From Chrysomallon squamiferum (Eukaryota; Animalia; Mollusca): 64,000 bases of DNA. Every line of letters starts with the position of its first letter. The first letter of the stretch is position 1. Location: NCBI GenBank assembly GCA_012295275.1, contig CM022665.1:8804001-8868000 (forward strand), read 5' to 3'. Positions 54,119 through 64,000 of this stretch are shown piece after piece. Under the pieces are notes generated by a model. It was not told the DNA's origin and searched no databases. It saw only the letters and a program-made list of their open reading frames with translations. Both the position numbers and the translations under genes were made by a program.

Positions 54119-54773
54119 GTAATTTACTTTATGATTTGATAGATGAGAAACATTATATTTTAATTTATTATTATAATTTTTTGTAATAATATTATGTTTT
54201 TAATGCATTATGTTTTTAATACTACTGTTTTATCCTGTGTAATTTTTCATCTTTTGATGAAAAATTATTCTGATAATCTTCTTGGTTTTCTTTTTCTTTT
54301 ATTTGTTTATTTCTTATTCTTTTTTTCTTTTTTTTTTATCTCTCTTTTATTTTGTATGTGTTTTTACTGCAAGAAAAAAAACAATTATTAAAAATATTGT
54401 ATACTAGTAAATGTTAGAAACTGAAAAATAATGGTTGATGAATCATTCTCGCAAAGAGACAGTTCTGTTAAACTGTGGACTCATAGTGATAAAAAGGTGA
54501 TTTACTGTCCACAGTTTTCTGAAATATCATTTGACCAAAAACAACAGAAATAAAAAGAGTTATTGTGACTCATTTGTTTAATCAAAGAGTTGGAAATACT
54601 CGATTTCTCTTTAATCTGATACTTAGACTTAGGTAACTGACACATTCAGGTTTATTATCTCCAATTTTTTTTTTTTTAATGTGGTTTTGAAAATGTTACA
54701 TGTAAAATTTTATTTGAAGTATTGTGTGTTTAATATTAGAAGTAGTTAAATGTACTGTCAGAAAACATTCCTA

Positions 54774-54816
<43 letters not shown>

Positions 54817-55417
54817 TATTTCTTTTGCTTATTATGAAAGCTTATTGCTTTGATAAAAATTGATGGGGTAGATAATATTTTTTTTTTCAAAGCATTAGGG
54901 TTCTATTTTTGTTGTTGTTGTTTTCGGGTTTTGGGGTTTTTTTTGTCATGTTATTTCAAACTTAAAAATATATTTTTTTTACAGATGTTATAATTAAGTA
55001 TTGCAAAAATACAATATCATCAATATCTTTGAGATTTTTTATTTTTCTATTTACAGTATGATATACTCAATATGATATAAACATAGCAGCCTTGATTCAT
55101 GCTTAACATCATGTTATGTTATGTTATATTGTCATCAAAGCATGTTTTCCACAAGGAAAAATAAACAAATCACTTGCAAATGTACAAAATATAATAAGTT
55201 CAGACACATGGGTGTCCTTTAAATTTAGATATAATCATTTGCCTTATTTGGAAGTAAAATTATACTATACTGCCATTTTAAATTAAAAAAAAAAAAAAAT
55301 GAAGAAGAAAAATCAGTTTGAAAAATATTTAAAATTAAATAATCTACCGTTGGCTTAATTTTGTTGTTGTTGTTGTTACTATTATTGTTCTTAATAATAT
55401 TACTAATATTAATTTAA

Positions 55418-55469
55418 TATTATTATTATTATCAACATCATCATCATCATCATTGTCATCATCATTATT

Positions 55470-55534
<65 letters not shown>

Positions 55535-55556
55535 TATTATTATTATTATTATTATT
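55418..55556. repeat. Compound (TCA)n(TTA)n microsatellite
   Basis: Direct reading; source of the poly-Asp ORF on the minus strand. Confidence 0.95.
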
Positions 55557-55588
55557 ACTGTTTACAAAAATTGTAACTTCTTTTTCAG

Positions 55589-55719
55589 AACTCACTGGAA
55601 TGTGACTGGAATGTCGGACATTTTGGAACGTGTTGGAGCAGTGTCCGAACAAATGGTTCAGTATCGCATTAACAAAGATGAACTTCTTTTACTGCAGGCT
55701 ACAGTATTAGTTAATGCTG
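55589..55719 (+). CDS. ER: Estrogen receptor LBD exon (helices 6-8; absent from the ORF track)
   Basis: TTTTTCAG|A ACT... gives THWNVTGMSDILERVGAVSEQMVQYRINKDELLLLQATVLVNA-E; donor G|GTTAGT; phases 2 and 1 fit both neighbours. Confidence 0.94.
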
Positions 55720-55770
55720 GTTAGTATAATAATAATATAGTATTCATACTTTTACTACTAATAAGTATAC

Positions 55771-55772
<2 letters not shown>

Positions 55773-55820
<48 letters not shown>

Positions 55821-55826
55821 TAATAA
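55773..55826. repeat. (AAT)n microsatellite
   Basis: Direct reading. Confidence 0.95.
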
Positions 55827-56455
55827 CAGTTAAATTCTTAATAATAAATATGTTAATAATAAAAGTACAGTTGTTGTTCTTGTTGATTATTATTATTATT
55901 ATTATTATTAGCTGTTTACTGGTCGTGGATCTGAAGATTTGTTTGTTAACTGTTGTTTGTCAAAAGAAATTGTGGTTACAATATAATTACTAAATGTTCA
56001 TTACAGTATTGCTTGTACAGGTAATATTGTTTCCTTCTTTTATCAAGTTAATATAGTTTTAATATTAACTGACTTACCTTAATTAAAGAAAGCATAATTT
56101 TTATAATTTTCTAGGTAGGTTTATGTTTAAAACGTAAGTTTATGATTATAAAGTTAAAACACATTACTAAAGTGGTAAAAGTTAATTTAATCATTGCTTG
56201 ATTTTGTGTCACATATATGTCAGTGATTTTGTTATTTTCAATGGTTTTGTTTTTATAAGTGATTTTGTTGTAGTAATTCAAACTCACCAGATTAGCCATG
56301 AATACAAATTTAAGTTTAATTAATAAGAAATACTGCTTTTTTTTTTCTTTCTTTTTTTTTTTTTTTTTTTTTTCAAATTTTTGTTTAATTTAAAAAAAAA
56401 AAAAAATTATATGTATTTTAAAGTGCTGCCCATGTATAAATTTATTATTTTTCAG

Positions 56456-56739
56456 AAATAAGACGTCTTGCAAGTTCTGGCAAAATTCAAGAGATGCGTG
56501 AGATGATCTTGAATGCTTTAATGGAGGTCTCCCACAAATATCACCCTGATAACCACCAGCATTTTGCTTCTATGCTACTTCTGCTTACACACATCCGACA
56601 AGCAGGCGAACGTGGAATTGCCTATTTCCAGCAACTAAAGCGTGACGGCTGTGTTACTTTCTGTGATTTGTTAACAGAGATGCTGGATGCACATAATTCG
56701 ACCATTGAAAGAAAACACGAAGCAGAACAGCTTAACTGA
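56456..56739 (+). CDS. ER: Estrogen receptor terminal exon (helices 9-12, AF-2, short F domain)
   Basis: EIRRLASSGKIQEMREMIL...LLLLTHIRQAGERGIAYFQQLKRDGCVTFCDLLTEMLDAH...QLN-stop; AF-2 core DLLTEML. Confidence 0.96.
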
Positions 56740-58026
56740 CATAAATGAGCTATCAAAGGAATCAAAAATAAACTGCAAAAAATGACACAAACCGAGTTGA
56801 AAAATTTACATTAACAAGAAGGCAGTGGCCATTTATGTGAATAACTAGAATATTTGTGATATTTTTTCTTCTGCTAAGCCGTTTTTTAATTTTATTATTC
56901 TGCAAGAGGATGAGCAATGAGATGAAAAAATACTGAAATTAACTACAAAGGTGTTAAAATGTGAGTAAATAAATGTAGACATGATGAAGGATGAAAACTC
57001 TTAATGACATTGACAAGTGCTGTTTGACACAAGTGGGTTATTTCTAATTTTTATTTTTATTATTATTATTTTTTTTTAATACAAGTGACTTGTTCTAACT
57101 ATAGCTAAAATTGTGATTCTTCTCTGGCACCCAGTGCACTCGTTTTTATGTATAATCTTGAAGATTACAGTATAAAGTGCTTTTGAAAAAAGTTCACCCA
57201 AACATGAGATCTTGTTAACTTCCTCAGAAAGAGAATTATTTTAAAAAAGCAAAAAAAAACAACAACAAAAAACGCCAACAAACAAACAAAAAACAACAAC
57301 AACAACAACAACATTTTAAATCTTTCACTTTAATTTTTGTATTTTTATAATGAGTTTTGCAGAGTGAAATGACGTGGTCTTCCAATTTTAAAACTATTGA
57401 CTTACTTGACTTCATTTTAGAGTTGAACTATTTGAAATAACTTCAGTTGTTTTATTATATTGTTCATTTGAATTTAAATACAAGATTTAAAATTTCTTCA
57501 ACTAATTCCTTCGTTTTTTTTTTTTTTTTCCTTTTCTCATTTTCATCTTTACAGCACTATCTGAAAAAGCAAAAATTAATTTAATGGAATCATAGTTAAG
57601 AATTTTAAAATGAGATATAACAAAACAAATTATAAAATTATTAGGAATAAAATGAACAGGAATTGCAAAATAACTATAATTTAAAAAAATGTATCTTAAT
57701 AAAATATTTACTATATAATTTGTTCACAAAGACACTATTTTAATAACTATAAAAATTGTTATCCGAACAAATAATTGTAATATCTTTATCTAAACTGACA
57801 TAATAGTCACACTGTAAACTAATAATTGTGAAGATGTAACTGAAAAGTAAAATTTAATTTCTCTGATATTTATATAAAGAAGAAAACAAATAACAAGATC
57901 TCATGTTTTCTCTAAATAACATTATGTAATGTGTTGTTTTTAGTGTATTATCATCAAGCTTTAAGCTTGCCTGTATGTGGTTTTGTTAATTATATTGTAA
58001 TATACTGTCTGCTTGTCTTTACTTTT

Positions 58027-58079
58027 ATATATATATATATACACACACATATATATATATATACATACATACATATATC

Positions 58080-58111
<32 letters not shown>

Positions 58112-58138
58112 TACATATATACATACATACATATATAC

Positions 58139-58200
<62 letters not shown>
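58027..58200. repeat. (AT)n/(ATAC)n microsatellite downstream of the stop codon
   Basis: Direct reading. Confidence 0.95.
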
Positions 58201-58203
<3 letters not shown>

Positions 58204-59000
58204 TTAATATCTTAAGAGATGGACAAAACCACCTAAACCCATGGATGTGTAAAACAATAACAAAAAAAAATGGTATGTTTATCTGCTAACAATATTTGTT
58301 AAAGAGTTTTCTGCTTCTTTCCAACAAGCAGGGGAGATAATTCAGTAGAATATATTATTGGAACTACCATGAAAAGATAATGGGTAGTCATTTGGAGTGA
58401 CCAATGTAATTGGTGGTGTTTTTAATATTTAATGGTTTGATGCTGAATAAATGTTTCTTTCTTTTTTTACATTATTTTAAATATACATTTATATTCTGAG
58501 TTTATGCAAATGTTTATGGAACTGGAGTCAAGATTGTTAATAATTTTATCCTAATGTAAAAATGTTGTTAGATTTTTGTTTTTCACTTGTTTGTTTGGGT
58601 TTTTTAAAATCATAATTGCTAAATATTATTTTAAAAAATTTCTTTTATTTTAAAATTCCCCAAAACGACATGCATTGGGATGTCAAATGTGAAGTTAATT
58701 GTTTTTTTCCACATTTGAAATGTTTTATGCAAGAGTGCTTTTTAATAACTTCTTAATAATTACTGTATTACTATACCCATTTGTTTTTATTGTTATAATG
58801 TTATTTACTTACACAAAAGTAAAAAAGATAATTTCTTAATAATAACAATATTATTGTAGTTATTTGTTTTTACTGTTATGATATTACTTATACAAATTTT
58901 TTAAGGAAAGGATTTTTAATGTTGTAGAATTATGTTTATTTATTTTATTATTATTACTATTATCAATATAATTTTTATTTATTTTTTATATTTATTTATC

Positions 59001-59050
<50 letters not shown>

Positions 59051-62000
59051 TTGAAGTTAATCAGATACACTGTTATACAACTGTCTTAAAATACCAACAA
59101 TTTTTTTTGTATTAACAAAATTTTAAACAAAATAATATACAATATGATAGTTATTTTATTTTAATTCTTTATACTAGTTTTAAAGAAACTGTGTTAGGTT
59201 CTTTTGGATATTTCTTTCTTTTGATTTACTTACTGGACTGTCAAAAAGGACAACAGATCAGATAATTAATAAAACAAAATGTGTAAAATATTTATCATTC
59301 TCATTTAAATGAAGAGTTTGTGTTAGATTATCTTCTCTTTTTATGATGAATAGTTCTAAATATCAAAACTTCCATTTGTCTCATTTAATTTTACTTGATA
59401 TATTCTCTTTAGGACTGATTTTCTTTTTATCTTTTTTTTTTATTGTGAAATTTGTTTGTTTTTTTAAATCAGATTTCATAAAATAAAATAAATATTTTCC
59501 AATAAAAGTCATTTCGTTCAGTTGCCAGTTGTATGTTTTATCACAAAGTTTTTATGTTCTTTTTTATTATTTAAATTTAATTGTATTTAGCTTAACACTT
59601 ATGTCTCATTTGATTTTTTTTTTAATTTTCCCACTCTGTACAAAAGACAAACTTGGATAAATTGTTTGAATTGTATTCAGTTAACATTAGTATCAATTTG
59701 ACATAGTTAACAAATATATTTCTGAATGTTTGATATATTTTTAGCTATTCTGTGGAGAACTTTTTTTTTCTTTTTTTTTCAGGAAACTGGGCATTACATA
59801 TTTAAATTCTTATCCTTTTTATCTAAAGAAAAATATATCTTTAAATGTTTTTAAAGTTTTTTTTGTTTTTTTTATGGTAATTATATCAGATTAAAATTCA
59901 AACTCTACTGACTTTATGACTTTTATTATTGATGAATCAACATTGTTACAGTTCATCAAATATTCTTTTAATTAAGACACATAACAATAAATTTAATTAA
60001 ATACATATTTATATATATATATATATATGTATTTTTTTTATGGTAATTATTTTCTAATAGCAACTTAGAATATATATTGTGATTATCAATTTGTGATTGT
60101 TATTCATCATTCAACAACTATACCATTAAATAAATGCACTTTTAAAATGACATATAACAATACATTTAAATAAATGTATTTTAAAATAGCAGCTTAGAAT
60201 ATTTAATTGAATTATCACTTTGCAACTCATTTTTTTTTGATGAATCATCAATTATTTTATTAAATATTTAAAAAAAAAAATTAAAATCTTAATTAGTATT
60301 TTATAAAAAAAAAACTAATTATTGAAAACATATTTGAAAAAAAAAAAGTGGGGGGCATTTTGTTTTGTTTGTGTTTCTTTCTAATATATTAATTTTTATA
60401 TTTATTTGTTTTTTTTTATTTATTTATTTATTTATTTATTATTAATATAATTTTTTATTTTTTTTGTGAGTGTGTGTTGTGTCAAGGTATTTTTTCAGTC
60501 ACTAAGTGGCATCATGTGTACATACTATTTGTATCTTAATAATTTGATATTTCATCATTCGTCGTATAACGATCATTGGTAGCAAATTATTGTATATTTC
60601 TGTTGCTTACACCATTTTATTTTAGTTTTATGTATTTGTTTCTTTAACACTTACAAAAACAATTTATAGGTTTTAGTAATAAGACTATATTATGTCACAA
60701 CAGTTAAACATTTTTTTTTTTTTTTTTTTTTTTTCAAAAGAACTATTGTGAATATTAAAGTTGTAAAGATTTTTCAGCCTATCAGTTTTAATGGATACTT
60801 TGTAGTGAAATCCAATAACTGTTTATTACTAGTGAATTAAATCTCCTATTTGATTATGTGTGATTTATGTATATAAACATATCTAAATATCACAATTTAA
60901 AACAATTCTTTTAATGGGGTTTTTTCACTGTTTTTTGATGCTGAAATGAAATTAATATTGTTATGATGTAGCAGTTTGAAGCATTAAAAGAAAATGGTTA
61001 TTGAAAAATCAAACTTTTTAATAAATTCTTTGATTATTCTTTGTAGCATAAAATCAGTGTTAATTTTATTGACTTTTATGAAGGTGTTTCATTATGGTTG
61101 TACATTTTCACGTACTGTTTGAATTTACTGCATTTCAGTATTTACTGTACTACATCATTTCAGTAAATATTTTGCATTGCTTATTATATAAAATAATGGC
61201 ATCATTTTAATAACAAATATTTGTTGAATGTTTTGTGATTTTGATAAGATATAATACTGCTTATTAAATATATGGTATTATTTCAGTCACATGAACAGTA
61301 CAAATTGTTAAATAAACTGAATTATTTTAAAAACATTGACTGAATAATACTGTTTATGAAGTATATCACTGAGTCATTAATACTGAATGTTAATATATAC
61401 TATTAATAATATGGCAACAAGTATATATTATGAATTTTGATTACATTTTTTCCCTAATAAATAAAAAATGCTGTTTATCAAATACACAGTATTATTTTAG
61501 TAACAAGTAAACATATTGTTTTAATATTTTTTATCATTTCAGTAAGTAATACTGAGTGTTATATAAAAGTTTATAAAAAATTAAAATATATATATTAATT
61601 AATTTAGTAAAAAGTTAATGATATAAACTGTTAAATATATAGCGTTAGTTAAAAATACTAATTCTTAAAAACATTTTTTCAGTAGAAAATAAATAAAACA
61701 AATTATTTATAATGAGATACATATACTGAAAGCCATGTAGTTCAGTGTACTGTATCATTTCAGTAGCAGTTAATAGAATTGCTTGTTAAACACATATTAT
61801 TATTTCTGTGAGAAAACATAACACCAGCACTTGCTTTTTGAATACACTAAGGTAATTATTACTTACTGGTTGCTATATTTTGGTAGTGATGTGCAGATGG
61901 TCTTTAAAAGCCCAGATTTATTTTGTACATTTTTAAAAATATTTTTAAAATCATCTGGTGTCATGGTCTAAGGCTAAAATCACGGAAAGGAAAACTTACA

Positions 62001-63579
62001 TTTTGTTTTTCTCATAATGTTATCTGATCATGTAATGATGTTGAAAATTCATGCATTCACAAATGAATGTTTATTGAAAGAATTTGAAATGGGGGTTTTT
62101 GAAACAAACAGTGATAAAGAAATGTGAAAATGAATATCAAATATGGCTGATGGAAGTGCTACAGTGATTATTAAATAATCAGAATTTATGTGTTAAAATA
62201 CTTAATATGCAGTAGTGGAACAAATGATAGATGTGTTTTTGTTACTGTTTAAAATTCATGTAAAAATCTGTTTAAATTAGAATAGACTTCTTTTTAAACA
62301 AGTGGTATATGTGAAACAGTCACCAGTTCCTTTCACCAATTAGTTTCAGAATGTTCTGAAATATAAGATTATTTGTTTCTAAAATAATAACAGTTTGAAT
62401 ATTTGATAATTAAACTGAGTTCTGAAAAAAAGAAGTATATTATTTGTATTTTTGTGCATAACAACTATAATTTAAATAACAATAAAAGGTGTGTTTTTTT
62501 TTTTATGAACTTTGAAAAAAAAATTAAGACTACAATAACCTTTTTTTTTAAATTTTTTAAATAAAACATTGTTTGTTTTGATCATAAATATTCAAATGTT
62601 ATTTTATTAATTTGTATCAAGCTGATTTCATTAGGATTGTATATTTTCACCTTTTTGTTTGAAATTCCAAATGCTTACTGCTTGTTTTAAGGGTAATTTA
62701 AATAATGTCACCTGCTTTTAGGTGACAACTAACCACATTTGTCTTTTGCATTTATTTTAAAAATTAAAAATTAAAATGTTTCTTTTTACTAAAATAAATT
62801 TAACAAACTTGAATTTTTCTGCTATTTGCTCATTGATTTTTAAAAAAATTCTTTAAATTTAATTTTATTTAAATATTTTTAAAATAAAAATTTTAAATTA
62901 CACTTTTGTTGCTAATAATAAAGAAATCATCTTTTTGGGGGGATTTGTGGTTATAACAGAATTCATTTACTAAAATATAACAATAATTAAAAAATTGCAG
63001 ATATGTGTTCACATTTCAGGCCAGTTTTAATGTAATTTTAGAATTCTTAACCACAGCTATTTTTATAATTTATTGATTTCAAATAATGACTTTTTTTTTT
63101 TTTTTTTTTTTTTTTTGAGACCACATTTATTTCATTGATTGAAATCAACTTTTTAATTTTTTAATTTTATTTGTATTATTATAATTATTATAATTTGTTT
63201 TTTTTTTTTAATGGTAATGCATTTAGGTGTTGTTTCTGCCAGCCCTATAAGGGTTAATCAATGTAGCATTATGGTGCTTATGTAAAACATTACACTTGTG
63301 AGTGGCAAGGCTGTTTATTCTATTTGTAAATAGTTTAAAAAAATAAAATTAAACTGTATTTTTGGTCATATTGTCCAGGCTGTAACATATTTCGTCACTC
63401 TCAAAGCTTAAAAAAAAATAATAAATCAGATTTTCTGAGAATAGTGTTGTTATTACTTTTAAAATACCATTAATTTTTTAAAACAGAAAATATTGGGTTA
63501 CAGACATTTGTAAAGAACCAAATAGATACCAGAATTGTCAATATTTGAAGTAGAAATAAAATGTGGATGGATACTTGAG

Positions 63580-63900
63580 AGGACAGGAAGGCTTGTTAAC
63601 TCTGAGGGAATTGGAAGATTGCCTGGTATATGTGCATGGTTTGAAGAAGGCCTGATGTATATAAAGGGTTTAAGAATTTTCTTGATGGCTAAAAGAAGGC
63701 CTGATATATATGTAAAAGGCTGAAAAAAGTTCTGATATATTCCATGTGCTGAATAAGGCTTGATGCATGGGCATGACATGAAGATGTGATAAATGTGATA
63801 TAAATAATATTTGATGTGTGTGAAAGGTTGGAAGAATGGTTGTTCAAAAATTAGCACGATACAAAGGGAATATCTAAGAAAGTCTGATATACATTGGTAC
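63580..63900. repeat. ~30 bp degenerate tandem repeat
   Basis: AAGAAGGCCTGAT.TATAT motif and variants recur. Confidence 0.65.
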
Positions 63901-64000
63901 TTCAGCATCATGGTTTTTATCACAAAATTTCAACTGCCCAAATTTTGTTGTTTTTGTTAATTTGCACTTCATTCACCAGATTAAGAATCCTTATATATAT

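Noticed and set aside
43986-58215. Poly-Ile, poly-Asp, CV/TH and YI repeat ORFs (also poly-Lys at 1508)
   Set aside because: Translations of microsatellites.
56740-59540. Poly(A) signal and 3' UTR end (e.g. AATAAA at 59501)
   Set aside because: AATAAA is too frequent in this AT-rich sequence to choose a site without transcript data.
63498-63923. 141 aa minus-strand ORF and 62 aa plus-strand ORF
   Set aside because: They lie on a degenerate ~30 bp repeat, with no recognisable domain or splice context.

Overview
AT-rich, CpG-poor, microsatellite-dense animal genomic DNA, most likely molluscan. It is dominated by one + strand intron-containing gene, an estrogen receptor orthologue (ER/NR3A; P-box CEGCKA, mollusc-type LBD). 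Eight common coding exons (42536-56739) splice by GT-AG rules into one continuous frame of about 474 aa. Upstream, a ~42 kb region holds five candidate alternative 5' coding exons (<1-649, 1933-2015, 15278-15354, 32884-32903, 36267-36307). All end in phase 2 at strong donors and all fit the same acceptor at 42536. The longest carries a CtBP-type PxDLS motif and a YAP-like STDSGIS degron. The LBD has the bulky residues known from ligand-independent mollusc ERs. Several exon junctions are echoed by tandem duplications in the flanking introns, including an array of decoy acceptors with TACTAAC motifs before the first zinc-finger exon. The rest is a Tigger/pogo relic, many decayed copies of one tRNA-headed SINE-like family, degenerate minisatellites and microsatellites. 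Splice models come from reading the sequence by eye, without transcript data. Most ORFs in the supplied track are spurious.
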